A stretch of DNA of 63,170 bases, the filler included, from Octopus bimaculoides (lineage: Eukaryota): assembly GCF_001194135.2 (NCBI RefSeq). It is 4 parts of 4 records of this genome, joined end to end, with 100 filler letters (N's around TTAATTAATTAA, not from the genome) between each part and the next. Parts side by side here need not be neighbours in the genome. Positions count along the whole stretch, not along the records: positions 1 to 26,919 come from NC_068989.1; 3 more parts are not named here. One strand, given 5' to 3'. A model generated the notes under the pieces. That model had not been told where the DNA came from, ran no database searches, and was given only the letters and a program-made list of their open reading frames with translations. This document shows positions 1 to 13,670 of this stretch, piece after piece. The translations under genes were made by a program, and so were the position numbers. The first letter of the stretch is position 1. Each line of letters starts with the position of its first letter.

Positions 1-36
1 CATCAGCAACCACGGCATGTTAAAATAATAATAATA

Positions 37-144
37 GCGGCTGGACGTCACAGCGGCTAGACGTCACAGCGGCTAGACGTCACAGCGGCTAGACGTCACA
101 GCGGCTAGACGTCACAGCGGCTAGACGTCACAGCGGCTAGACGT
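37..144. repeat. 16-bp CpG-rich tandem repeat (GCGGCTAGACGTCACA) x ~6.7
   Basis: Units start at 37, 53, 69, 85, 101, 117 and 133 (partial); one substitution in the first unit. Confidence 0.95.
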
Positions 145-277
145 GTTCCTCGTTACGCTGAACAGTCAGCAGCTGAAGACACAGAAACACTAGTATAACC
201 CAGCAGGACAATTGAAAAGCAATTCCCGAAGACTGGAATATCTATAATTTCCTGCAAGTATTTTGAATTACCCTCAA

Positions 278-1370
278 AATAAGTTAAGGATCTTACATAT
301 CTACAGTTTTCGAACACAAAAACGATCAGCTTTAAAACCTTTAATTTCTACAACTTCTGTGAATAGCTATCCTATCCTCTCTCCTAGAGTATTCGAAAAT
401 GTAAAAATCCTCTTTATTCCAAGAATACTACAGTTTTCTCTGTTCGGACAGAGAAAAGATCAACTCCATTAAATTTAAAACCTTCATATCTACGATTTTC
501 TGTTAAAATTTTACCTTCCTTTCTCCCTGAATATTCGAAAATGTAAACATCCATTTTATTTCAAAAACACTAGTCTTCTCTGAACAAACATACAAACGAA
601 CATCTAACAAGAAAAGTTAGAAACTTTAATATCTCCAATTTTGTGTGAACATTTTTCCCTGACTACTCGAATATGTAAACACACCTTTTATTGTAACAAC
701 ACGATTAAATGCAATTAAGGAGGTAAGCACATGCAAATATATACATATTTCACAACTACAAAAACTGCAACTCACAGCAAAATTTTAGAAAGAAAAGAAA
801 AATTCCAAAAGAAAAAGAAATTCAGAAATTCAAAAATTCAACAAGAACATCACTTCCTCCTACTATTCTCAAAGCCTGGAATATCAACAATTTCCTGTAA
901 ATATTTTAAATCTCCCTCAAAATAAGTTAGGAAACTTATATACCTACAGCTTTCGAACACACAAACGTTCAGCTTTAAACAAAATCTTTAATATCCATAA
1001 CTTCTGTGAATACCTATGTTTTCCTTTCTTCCTGAGTATTAGAAAATGTAAACATCCTCTTTATTCCAAATACACTACGGTTTTCGCTGTTCGGATAGAC
1101 AAAATTTCATCTCCAGTAAATTAAAAAAACTTAATATCTACAATTTTCTGTTAAAATTTTAGCTTCCTTTTCTTTCTTTTTCTTACTCCCTGAGTATTCG
1201 AAAATGTAAATGGCCTTTTCATTGCAAAAATGCTAGTTCTCCAACTGGAGGGACAGACGAACGAACAACTCAAGAAAACTTAAAAACTTTAATATATTAA
1301 ATTTTGTATGAAAATTATCCCTGACTACCCAAATATGTAAACGTACCGTTTATTGCAACAACACAACTGA
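278..1370. repeat. Degenerate higher-order repeat: ~130-160 bp monomers in two ~640 bp-offset blocks
   Basis: Motif TTCGAAAATGTAAA and variants near 392, 535, 667, 1039, 1197 and 1328; block starting AAATAAGTTA at ~278 recurs at ~921. Confidence 0.8.
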
Positions 1371-1929
1371 TTTCAGAAATTGAAAAATTCAACGACGTGA
1401 ATATATATATATATATTATTGTTTTTACTTCCAGTAATTACAAATAGAACAGGTTGATTGGCTTCATTTCAAGTCCAAGGGCAGCACTCTTCGTGATCAC
1501 TGGTAGTAGTAAACACATTTGACTTCTGCTGACCCAAAGGGCGCGAAGATTCTTTCGTCTCTATGACTGACCGCCACGCCATCTACCTAATCTATCTATA
1601 GACGTGTAGAATTTGATCTATTCAACAAGTTGCTAGTCTTCCCTCAACTATTTCCTCCAGCAATCACATATTTATGATTATCTTAATTACGAGACAAACG
1701 TTGAAAATAAAGAACATTTAGTAAAATCTTTAATAATATGTGGTAATAGTAATAATGGTAATAACAATAGGAGTTGTGGTGATGGTGATAATGATAAAAA
1801 TAAAGACAATGATAATATGCTGCAGCTGTTAATACTACAACTACTACTATTCTTATAGCACATGAATCTGAGCCCCCAACTACCACTACTGCCACTTCCC
1901 CCCACCGCATGTGTAACCTCTGAGTCCGT

Positions 1930-3975
1930 TAATGTAACAATGACAAACAGTAAAAAATAAAAACAATAATAGTGATATCAAAGACGATAAAAAAGATAAT
2001 AATGAAAGGAAATGGGTGGAGCCTCTCCATGTCCTGATTAATGATATATCTAGTGATGGTGTCACAATAAAAACACTGGTTATTGCGCAACCTGATAATC
2101 CCTACCTCATATGAGTGACAATGAAAAAACAAATTATTGTGAATAACGTTGTTAATGAACCTAATGGTGACAGTGTTACACCCGGCAGGCTCAGAGATTC
2201 TGTTCCGGCTCCAGCCTGTCGTTATCCAGAAAGGGACCACTACACACGGCGTAGATGGAGCAAGCAAATTAATGCTGTGGTCATGGAGTGTTACTACCTG
2301 AGCAGCCCGGTAGATGAAAATGGTGCTCAAATTAGGGATTACCGACAAGGTATGTACGATCAATAGAGGGAAAAGGGGTTGTTTCAACTCACAGAACAGA
2401 GATTATGTGACCAAGCTTAAGCAATAATAAAAAACTCTTTGGTTCACAGAAGTAGAGCTCGAAGCTATCAAAAGAGGGTCTTGGAAAATAGCAGCAGCGG
2501 TAGCGATGAAAATGTAGTTCTTACTAATAGAAGTAATCTCATAGCACAGGAAAGGAGCAGTGCTAGTTTACTTGATGAGAAACATATAGATGAACTAAAA
2601 GGAGGCAGTAAAGCTAATGGTGACATGACAAATGAATGAAAGGTTATCTACGACAGAATAAAGGCAATACTACAGGAGAACGATAGAGACATTATTTGCA
2701 ACCTTAAAACGGTTGATCGGTGGAAATTGAGCCAAGAAACGGAAAATGTCAATGGAATTTTGAAATACATCAGAAGAAACAACATCACAGAAGCAAATAA
2801 TTTGATGAAGGCAGCAAATATTGTTGCAGCAAGAAACGTGTGTGTTGATGTCAAGAAAAAGAAATATAATGGGAGTGACAAAAGAAAAGATCCATGGTGG
2901 AAAAGAAGAATACAGGCAGGGTTACATATCTTCTCGAAAGAAATTTCAGTGTTAGACCGAAAAGAGAAAGGAGAGCTTCAAAGGAAACAAAAATACAGGG
3001 CGCTGAAAAGAAGTGTAATATTGAAAGAAAGGGCTTGAAAGAGGTAATGGAGGAATTGAAACAGCGCCTCGTTGCAAAGAAAGCAAAGATGTTAAGATAC
3101 GATCAAAGAGTGAAGAGTTACCACCAGAATAGGTTATTCAGAGTAGATCAGAAGAGATTCTATAAAGAAATAAATGGAGAATCTACAAATGAAAAGTTGA
3201 GAGCACATAACATTGAAAGTCAAAGGTTTTGGAGTGACTTCTGGAACAAAGACAAGGAGGACAAGAAGGATGCTGAATGCTCGCAAGTAGTCGGCGACTA
3301 CTTGCGACAGTAGTCTGCCCCAAACAGAACTAGTTATTTCAGTTAGGGAAGTGAAGGAAATCAACAAACAAAGGAGTAACTGGAAGGCTCCGGGGCCAGA
3401 TGGTTTCAAGGCTACTGGATCAAAAGATTTGTTGAATGCCGACCAGTTAACGCCAGAGTGGTTGACATTGGGTAGGACAGTGCTGTGCTTGAAAAACATC
3501 GAACACGGCAATACGGTAGACAATTACAGGCTGATATTCTGTTTGGCACTTACGTGGAAATTATTCACTGGAATACTCGCAGAGTCAATGTACGAACATC
3601 TGGAAAAAATGGACTCCTGACTCATGAGCAGAAGGGTTGAAAGCGTAAGTGCAGCTGTACCAAGTTCCTTCGTTGATACGGTGTATAATTTCAGTGCTAG
3701 ATGAGAACGACCTACAACCTGTCAAACAAAAGGGGTGTAGACATAAGAGCAGAGAAACAAAGGATCAATTACTAATCGATAAGACCATTCTGGCTGACTG
3801 CAAGAAGAGACGTAAAAATTTGGCGAAGGCATGGGTAGACTACAGGAAAGCATATGACATGGTCCCACAGTCGTGGATCATTGAATGCCTTAAACTGCTT
3901 AAGTTCTCCCACAATATCCTGAAGTTAATACAAAACTTAGTGGCATCGTGGCGAACTGAGCTCACAAGATGGAGT
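1930..3975 (+). mobile_element. R4/Dong-clade non-LTR retrotransposon, 5' part of ORF, frameshifted and 3'-truncated
   Basis: Fragments RRRWSKQINAVVMECYY, DPWWKRRIQ, LKQRLVAKKAKMLRYDQRVKSYHQNRLFRVDQKRFY, WKAPGPDG, PEWLTLGRTVL, TWKLFTGILA and [36 protein letters not shown] match the R4/Dong N-terminal region and RT motifs; multiple stops and frameshifts. Confidence 0.9.
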
Positions 3976-5180
3976 GATATTTTTGTTTCGTTGCCTTAAA
4001 GTTTTAGTCGCTTTTATTATGCATTAATTTAATCCATGTATTTTTCTTCATTTAACTTGACTCGTATTACCCTTTGAGGTTTTATCACCTTATATGTGTT
4101 TATTTTATATTGTTAGGTTTTACCATTGGGTACACTGAAGTTTTAATATATATCTATGCTCGATTTATGATAATATGGGAATGTTATACAGTTGTTTTGA
4201 CCAATCGGAACGTTTATTCATTATACCTTCCAGTTTATTTCTCCTTTTGCCTCAGTGTTACCTGAGCACTTCCAGCTGCAGTCCTATTCTTATTCTTCGG
4301 TTTCACGAAATTACTTTCCGGTTTAAATCTTAAATATTTACTTTGTACTAAACGTTTTTTTTAAGTCATTTGGCTGGTAACAAATAACATGAAGTCTGTA
4401 GGTTTCCTACTTACTCGTGTTGTAATCATTGTTGATACTAATGTTTGCTGATATTAATGGTTAAGGTTTGTTTGAATTGTTCTGTAATTTCCGTTTCGGG
4501 ATGTTTATATTCTTCATTCATTTCCTGTTGCTTATAAATAAATACCGACCTTTCGTGGCAATATAATGCGAAGTCTCTCCCTCTTATTATTGTTACTATT
4601 GTCGTTCTCGTTTCGGTCATTGTTCATATCATTTAGTATTTTCCCTGAAGAAGATTCCACTCCATGTTTCCACATTTATCTAAAGTGCAGTTTTGATAGT
4701 CATAACCAAAACTGCATATTTTTATCAAGGAAGGTGGTTTGTTGTGATACCCATTTGATATTGAAATGTGAATAATTGTGTATTATAAATCCCAATTGCT
4801 CTTCGTAATTTTCTTGTGAATTGTAGACTGTTCACTGCTCATTTTGGAGAAATCACACAAGCTTTTATTCAATCCAAATATTCGTTGGAAATACTTTCGG
4901 TAGTTTTTTCACGTGTGGTAACTAACCACATTTTTTGGTCCCGCTGTAGTGTATGTTGCAGTAAGCTACACACTGTTTCATTTGATACTTTACCACTTGC
5001 TTACTGCTAAGATCTTTTCTAAATATGTAGTTATAGTCATTTATTCAAAAGAAGATAAACACTTTTTGTTACTAGCCTTCTATTAATGGACAGAACTTTG
5101 AGGTTTAACATTCATAATATGAAACATTAAAAGATTATTAATGCCTGGCATGTCTACATTCGTTCCTATATTGTATGTAT

Positions 5181-5191
5181 ATGTATATATG

Positions 5192-5269
<78 letters not shown>

Positions 5270-5278
5270 GCTAGCTAG

Positions 5279-5312
<34 letters not shown>
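5181..5312. repeat. Compound microsatellite (TATC)n(TAGC)n(TA)n
   Basis: Direct reading. Confidence 0.97.
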
Positions 5313-5314
<2 letters not shown>

Positions 5315-5991
5315 TTCATTATGCGAAAACCACAGTGAACGTCACAACTACTTGTTACTAGAGTCGATGATATTTGTTTTGTCTCCACTAATATGAACAC
5401 TAATTCTGTGGCAAAGTACAAAGTATATAATTTAAGACTATAATCGTCTAATTCTAACAAAAGTGAATGTAACAACGAATTCATTCACTTCTATGCAAAT
5501 CACGGCATAAGCGGGACATTCTTGCAAGTATATGTAATAAATTAATGTTATATTGCGTAAAGAGCCATCGCTCGTTTTTAGCAAAATAGAGACCAAGTTA
5601 GTGTAGACGCAGGAAAGAAAAGTAATAGCAATCCGATATTTAATGTTGACATCCTGTTAACTTGTCACCAAATCTTTATTTTGTCTTTATTTTGTTATTC
5701 ACTGTTTTACTCTTAGGTAAACTGTAGCGATGCAGGAGTGCCATTCTCAACGGTTTTAATCTATCATAAAGTGCACCTTGTTTACATCAGATTAATACTG
5801 CTTTATAAATTTCTATTTACCGACCATTGACCTTCCTCTTCATACGAAGAATGTAAATCGACCGGATTGTATAAATTCACATACGGATACACCAAAATAC
5901 TTATACACTTATCGTTTCCGGCTTTTTGTTTCTTTGTAATTAAATTGGGATTCCAGAAAACAATTATACTTACATCGATATGCACGCATAT

Positions 5992-6060
5992 GTATGTACG
6001 TACGTATGTATGTATGTATGTATGTATGTATGTATGTATGTATGTATGTATGTATGTATA
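5992..6060. repeat. (TATG)n microsatellite
   Basis: Direct reading. Confidence 0.97.
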
Positions 6061-6199
6061 TCATTGTTCAGTTTTCTTTCAAGATTCCTTGCCAATAGAG
6101 AAAGAGCCGGTTTCTAACCTAGATTCAAAGCTCCTTAATTGGAATTTCAACATCATGAACACAATATTTTTGTTTGTATGTATGTACATGTGTAGATTT

Positions 6200-7190
6200 G
6201 TATGCTTTGCTTTATGTCTGTATTCTCAGGTTGCAAACGCATACGCTTCAAAGTGGGAGGTAGTAATCCGGTTATTGGTCCATGATAAACTGCTTTGATG
6301 GTCGACGTAACTATCATCTCGGAGCGTTCTACTAACACATCCATGCCTACTCTTCTGCTCATATAAGCTCATCCTTTCATCTGATTATAAGGTGCGGTAG
6401 AGTCCTGCGACTTCTTGGAGATGTAGTCTAGTGTACCAGACAAAGAATATTGCTCAAGGAGCTGCCTTCCAAGTCTTATGATGTTATCAGCCTCATGTAT
6501 GCAAACTTAATCAAAGGATGCACTTCGACACTTGGTGGTTAAAAGATGTTGCCGAAGAGATATGATACGACATTCAAAGGCATTTTGGATCGATGTTAAG
6601 TCTCTGCCGCCTTATTTTCGTTTTAGGTAGGAGCGCTCTACGTCACTGTTTATGTGGAAATTATGTGTGCTTGTTAGTATTTTTCGGGTTTCCACATCAG
6701 TGGCTCGGAACTCATCAAGCTTCCAATCACGCAGCCCAAATATTGGCATGAGTTTTGACACTGCAAACACATTGTGGGTTACTGCTTTATTGAATGCAGA
6801 GAGTTTTGAGGTCCAAATTTTCTTTATTCGGCTGTAATATTTTTTAGTGACATGTGTTTTGTTACAAGTGACATTGTAAGATATTTATTTCTTTATTGCC
6901 CAATGGGGGTGGGGTGGGGCTAAACATAGAGGGGACAAACAAGAGCAGATAACGAGATTAAGTCGGTTACATCGACCCCAGTGCGTAACTGGTACTAATT
7001 TAATCAACCCCAAAAGGATGAAAAGCAAAGTCGACCTCGGCGGAATTTGAACTCAGAACGTAACGACAGATTCTGCCAGCTCGCCACTGTAAGATATGCC
7101 TTTATCCACTCCTAGATACCTGTAACATCCCTCATCAGATATAAAGGAAACAGTCAAGTCCTTGATGGAGATGTTGCTTGACCGATCTCC
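6200..7190 (-). mobile_element. R4/Dong-type RT C-terminal fragment interrupted by a SINE
   Basis: Minus strand reads YRYLGVDKGISY [SINE] NVTCNKTHVTKKYYSRIKKIWTSKLSAFNKAVTHNVFAV..DVETRKILT..HINSDVERSYLKRK*GGRDL, then VDHQSSLSWTNNRITTSHFEAYAC. Confidence 0.85.
6890..7085 (-). mobile_element. tRNA-derived SINE family A, with ~13 bp target-site duplication
   Basis: Minus strand GGCGAGCTGGCAGAATC..TTCTGAGTTCAAATTCCGCCGAGGTCGACTTTGC..AGTACCAGTT; flanks CATTGTAAGATAT (6872-6884) and CACTGTAAGATAT (7085-7097). Confidence 0.9.
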
Positions 7191-7239
7191 AACACTACAT
7201 CCTTTGAAAATGCTGTAATTAAGTCGAGACAACTGTGGA

Positions 7240-7419
7240 AGACAATTGCCCAAAGTACCACTCAGTGGAATTGAACCCGGAACCATGTGACTAGGAAGTA
7301 AGCTCTTACCACACAATAACATCTTTGGTCGGCCCGAGGCTATAGCAGGAGAGACTTGCCCAAGATGCCACGCATGTGGCTGGTAAGCAAGTCACTTACC
7401 ACACAGCCACTCCTGCGCC
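7240..7419 (-). mobile_element. SINE family B (CORE-like), two partial heads
   Basis: Reverse complement GGCGCAGGAGTGGCTGTGTGGTAAG and CTTGGGCAAGT; homologous to the full copy at 50143. Confidence 0.85.
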
Positions 7420-8559
7420 TATTTCGTTGTAATTAACAGAACCATATACACGTTCGGCTCTAGCGGTGAACAACTTGTATAATATTCTGGGAATTGCCAC
7501 TAGCAGTTCGTGCTGAAGATGGAGCAGATTTTCTCGGTAAGAGATTTTTAACTCCGAAACCTTGGTCCACGAATAACTTTTTAATTATATGTAATTTTCA
7601 ATGTCTTGCCCGCTTACGGTTTGGTATTTCGCAAATTTTTTTTTTTTTTGAGAACTACTAGGTCTTAGTAGACTCAACATGTGAGCTATTTCTAGCATAT
7701 TAAATGTCCACCCTACTGGTCATCTTTCTATATATAAAAATATACCTTAATCCACTTAGATTTCAGATATTTTTTCTGAATCTCTCGGATTCTTTAAATA
7801 TGCTAGCTTCCTGGTAATAAATCGATATTAATTAATATCTGATTTTTACCCTATATTTTAATTAACCATAATCCNNNNNNNNNNNNNNNNNNNNNNNNNN
7901 NNNNNNNNNNNNNNNNNNNNNNNNNNNNNNNNNNNNNNNNNNNNNNNNNNNNNNNNNNNNNNNNNNNNNNNNNNNNNNNNNNNNNNNNNNNNNNNNNNNN
8001 NNNNNNNNNNNNNNNNNNNNNNNNNNNNNNNNNNNNNNNNNNNNNNNNNNNNNNNNNNNNNNNNNNNNNNNNNNNNNNNNNNNNNNNNNNNNNNNNNNNN
8101 NNNNNNNNNNNNNNNNNNNNNNNNNNNNNNNNNNNNNNNNNNNNNNNNNNNNNNNNNNNNNNNNNNNNNNNNNNNNNNNNNNNNNNNNNNNNNNNNNNNN
8201 NNNNNNNNNNNNNNNNNNNNNNNNNNNNNNNNNNNNNNNNNNNNNNNNNNNNNNNNNNNNNNNNNNNNNNNNNNNNNNNNNNNNNNNNNNNNNNNNNNNN
8301 NNNNNNNNNNNNNNNNNNNNNNNNNNNNNNNNNNNNNNNNNNNNNNNNNNNNNNNNNNNNNNNNNNNNNNNNNNNNNNNNNNNNNNNNNNNNNNNNNNNN
8401 NNNNNNNNNNNNNNNNNNNNNNNNNNNNNNNNNNNNNNNNNNNNNNNNNNNNNNNNNNNNNNNNNNNNNNNNNNNNNNNNNNNCCCCCTCCCAAAAAGAA
8501 AAGCTCTTCATTGTATTTGTCCCGTCTTTGTTGAGCCCTGTGTGGCTAATAAAGGAAAT

Positions 8560-8560
8560 G

Positions 8561-8619
<59 letters not shown>

Positions 8620-8725
8620 ATCTCTCTATCTCTCTATCCACACGCATATGCACACAAATATATATATGTGTGTTTGTGTGTGTGTGTGTGGTGTTTATAT
8701 TTGCGTGTGTGTGGGTGTATGTATA
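8560..8725. repeat. Compound microsatellite (TATC)n/(TA)n/(TG)n
   Basis: Direct reading. Confidence 0.95.
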
Positions 8726-10387
8726 TATGTATTTATGTACACACTGTGCCGATATCCACCATGTATAAGCGTAGACAGTGGGTCTCCGCACAGTTAAACA
8801 TTACTAAATTGCAGTCACAAGCATTTGGCCATTTTGAGTTAGCAGACAGTCGTACGAAGTACTGCATGTGATATGTAGCTGTATTAGCTTTATTTGGGAG
8901 ATTTTATCACACGAAGAGATAAGATTGAAGAAAAATCGAAAACAATTTTTAGGCTAAGTCATCGTATACAAGAAACTGGATAAAATATCTAGAGGGGTTG
9001 AAAAGATCTCGAAAAATGATTTTTAAAACGTGCAAAGGGCTTATAAGAGGAAGGAGAAACACTGTGCTTATACACAAGAAAAGGATGGATTAATTATGAT
9101 GTATCTATCACGTTTTCTTTTAAATATGCAAATTGATTAAACCTATTCGTGTACGTACGATATCGTACATCTATTTGAAATGTATCGCATGATTACAGTG
9201 ACATTAACTGTTCTCTAAAGAAATCTAATAACACCGAAATATTTCTGCAACTGTTTCGCGTATTTATCAAAAATAATAATACTGGTGACTGAGCTTCCAT
9301 AACTGAACACAATGTTCTAAATCCATAGAATGTTTTTATATTTCTAAATGATTAGAAATATATTATTAGAAAATCAATATCCTCTAATTAGCCACATTAT
9401 GTATGATAACGTTAAAATGAGTAGACAAACTGTAATTATAATGAACCTAATGCACTATATTACACGAATGAGTACGATAGATGCAATAGTGTGTGTAAGG
9501 TGAAGATTAAAATGAAGAAATTAGGCAAGATTGTTGAAGGTTCGTAATAGACGATCACTGGATGATGTTTAATGGTACCTTCGAGTTTGTAGCACTTTAA
9601 CGATATAATGTACCTAAAAGGTAAATGCAGCCAAAGATAAATTCAATCAAAATCGCATTCTAATTGCTACAATAAAGGAGCTTATGAAGAACATGAAAAT
9701 AATCAAATAAATTGTATACATTGAAATAGCATCTACGCTTCACATGATCCGTTGTTCTGTTAGGCCAGTTTCCAATACAAATGGAAACCAAATCTCTTCA
9801 ATTTCAATCACTTCCTGTTTATCCTTCTTATGATAATAACCCTCATCAATATTATCTTGCGGTCGTCATTGTCGTCGTCTCGCCAATATAGTAAATCATA
9901 CTGGTATCTACATAATTGTACGTTACACGAATGCATTTTAAACGCTAAAACACACGCAGATATATTCATAGAATTCATATATTGATATCAGTTCCAGCAC
10001 AAGTTCTTATTAATTATGATTTGGCGTGTCCAACATTCTAGTTGTAAATTCTAGCCAATAATGTGTTCAGAATAATATTTCATGTCACTTAATAATGTAT
10101 TTATTCATAAATAAAGCGAAAACAATTTTCATTCCCCTTATAGTTATAACGTAACAGTGTTGTCGTAGAATATGTAGAGAAGTAAGTAGTTTAATTATAA
10201 AACCTAAATAATGTTATCTTATTAATACGAAAAATTTCGGACAAATAATACTTTCCTTATTTGAACTTATAGAATAACGATTACATGTCCGTATTTCTGT
10301 GATGAAATATCGATTTCAAATTTTAGCTCAAGACCAACATTTTCGTAGGATGGACCAAGTCCGTTAGAACGATGCCATTGATCACCT

Positions 10388-10515
10388 GGTACTATTTTAT
10401 CGACCCCGATAAAATAGTGCACCTTGGCGGAATATCAATTCAGATCGGAAAGACAGACGGAAAGCCGATATACAATTTGTTCGTTGCCGCAACGACCCTG
10501 CCAGCTCGCCGCCTT
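10388..10515 (-). mobile_element. SINE family A, degenerate copy
   Basis: TGGTACTATTTTATCGACCCC...CTGCCAGCTCGCCGCC. Confidence 0.75.
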
Positions 10516-13500
10516 ATACTGTAATGAAATATCAATAACAAGACTTCATTATCGTAAGATCTATGTCTCACATTAATATCTGGTCTAAAGTTCTGGTTAA
10601 GCTGTGTAGTCTTGTGTTAACCCATATATATATATATATATANNNNNNNNNNNNNNNNNNNNNNNNNNNNNNNNNNNNNNNNNNNNNNNNNNNNNNNNNN
10701 NNNNNNNNNNNNNNNNNNNNNNNNNNNNNNNNNNNNNNNNNNNNNNNNNNNNNNNNNNNNNNNNNNNNNNNNNNNNNNNNNNNNNNNNNNNNNNNNNNNN
10801 NNNNNNNNNNNNNNNNNNNNNNNNNNNNNNNNNNNNNNNNNNNNNNNNNNNNNNNNNNNNNNNNNNNNNNNNNNNNNNNNNNNNNNNNNNNNNNNNNNNN
10901 NNNNNNNNNNNNNNNNNNNNNNNNNNNNNNNNNNNNNNNNNNNNNNNNNNNNNNNNNNNNNNNNNNNNNNNNNNNNNNNNNNNNNNNNNNNNNNNNNNNN
11001 NNNNNNNNNNNNNNNNNNNNNNNNNNNNNNNNNNNNNNNNNNNNNNNNNNNNNNNNNNNNNNNNNNNNNNNNNNNNNNNNNNNNNNNNNNNNNNNNNNNN
11101 NNNNNNNNNNNNNNNNNNNNNNNNNNNNNNNNNNNNNNNNNNNNNNNNNNNNNNNNNNNNNNNNNNNNNNNNNNNNNNNNNNNNNNNNNNNNNNNNNNNN
11201 NNNNNNNNNNNATTAATTCATTTGGTATTTATTGTTGGTTGAGATATATATATATCTAATTATTGTTCTACTTACGATCTGACGATTAGCTATATTTTGA
11301 ATAGAATTTATTTTCGATAATTTCAATTGATTTTAATCGATTTAAAGTTCCTTTCTATTTGAAAATTAGTTATGAAACACGTGTAATCATTTTATTATAT
11401 TTATCTCATGATATTTACTTTGCTTGATATTATACTCATTTATTGTGCTTTTAATTGTTAATTTTTCTATATGTGATAGTGGATTTTCATCGATGAGTTC
11501 TTGAAACTTGGTTATTTTCCCTAAAACTATATATATATATATAACCGGTCAATTTTTTTTTGTCGTCTATGGAATGATGAAAGGCAAAATCTATCTGGAT
11601 AAGATGTAAAATGTAAAGATTGAAGAGTATTTTTCCGTTGTTATCGACGTTTTGCCGATCTCCGACTGAATAGAACTTTCTCCATATTCAACCTAGTTAT
11701 AGTAGTTGACTTGACATTAGTTGATTAGAACAGAATTATCTTACAGCATCCAGTTTTGTCCCTCTACGTTTTCAGTAAAAATTATGATCGAAACAAGTGT
11801 TGTTTTATATGTGGAGCAGACGCTAGACTTGAACACAGGTAGAGTGTTCTACTCTTTCGCTAATACTGTTACGTACACAAATTACTCTATGTCTCTTACA
11901 TGCTTTGTATTAATATGTCATTTTTTCTTTATAAGTCAAGCACATTGAGACAAAATGTGTACTTAAACTTCCATATTAATACGTAAATGAGCTGCGCTCT
12001 CATGATATCTGTTTTAAATTATTCATGTATCTCGAATGAACTACAAATTTTGGTGCCCTCTTAAAATCTTTGACTTTGAGAGACATGTACCAAAGTCTGA
12101 TTTCTGCAGAATAATTTGCACGAATCAGTAATCATTTTTGCCGCAGTGTCTGTGTCAAGTTATATAATAAATAAAGCAATTCTTCCATGAGAAAATTGAG
12201 ATTAAGACAATTGTCGAAGAAACTCATTTTTACCCGGAAGATCCTTTCTCACTAATGATATCTTCGTATTTGTCTATTTCCGCAAGAATATGTGTAAAAG
12301 TAGCAATGTTAAATCTCTGGACACAGATGTGTGTCGATAGTCAGCTGGAGGAGATGTTCTCCTGGGGCTAAAAGCAACAGTAACATCCACCCTTAGGGGT
12401 CAGCCACATTTAAGTGGCAAATATACTTCACTTTGATGTGTAAAACTGTTTTCCTTATAATACTGTGTCTGCATTATATATAGTACAACACCTGCCGAAC
12501 AATTTATCGTATGAATGAATTTTCATGTTTTTTTTTGCCTTGAAGTCTATTTTTCTAAATATTATAGTACTTATTGTGCCCGCAATTATCTGGAACGTCG
12601 ATTGGTTCCTCTTAAATTTGTATGTTATGCACGTCGATGCTATATTGTTATAGTGAGCTTTTACTTATAAAGACATGTAATCCAGTTGTTCCTATTTCTG
12701 GGATTAAGTGATATTTACAATGGATTTATTCTTCGTGTTCTTTCTTTCCTTGTAATTTTTACTCATATTTATTTTTCAAACAACGGTAGCGATAAAATTG
12801 CTGGTACTGTTTGTACACTCGTTACTTTACAATATTTTTTATTTCGCATTGAAAATAAAACTATTTTCAGATACCGGTTCCGCTTTTTGATATTCCTTCT
12901 GAATTTATTTCTACTGAAATACACGCTACACAGACCGTTGTGGTTACTTGTTTTGTGAAAGAAATATTTTCTCTACTTTATTCAGAGGGAAACACTAGCT
13001 GGCGAATAAGACTATTTTGAAGACTTGTCGACACGCTTCCCGAAGCAGCATGCTTCTATAAGCCCTGATATTCTTAGCGTCGAGAAATCATCACGTGGTA
13101 CCAGTTAGATGTTGCCCATTGTTACATGGATCATTTTAGTTATGTCAAACAAATATTTTAGAAAGTTTTCCAAGTTATTGCAAGTTAATAATATTTGATG
13201 GGATGTGAAATTTGAATTTGGCATTACACATTATTGGGGAAATATGCATAGAGTTAATATATACTTTTCTTTTCGTTTTGTTCTTAACGTTGGTTGTCGA
13301 TGATATTTAGATATAGTACAATTTCATTCTTTTTAAAAATCATCAGAATTATATTACTTGTGATTTATAACTTAAACATTGAAGTGAGAAATAATTACAG
13401 TCTCCTGGGAATTCTTAGAAACATTAGTGGTTTAGTAATCAAGAGAAAAGTGATAAAGAATTCTTACTGTTTCCATTCTGCATAAATATTTCCACAGAAT

Positions 13501-13670
13501 TCTACTTAAAGTAACCAATAATTCCGATTTTAACAAAAAAGACAACACCCCACAAAAAAAAAAGAAAAAAATTGAAATAAATTTACAAGCCGTTTTCCGA
13601 TATAATTTTTGATGAAAATATATTAAGTATCAAGCTGCTATCTTGAAGTTGAATATCTATTGTAAACATA

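Noticed and set aside
37-144. CRISPR-like array
   Set aside because: No spacers; contiguous tandem repeat in eukaryotic DNA
1440-1610. Possible HDV-like ribozyme or 5' UTR of the R4/Dong element
   Set aside because: Could not fold a convincing nested double pseudoknot by eye
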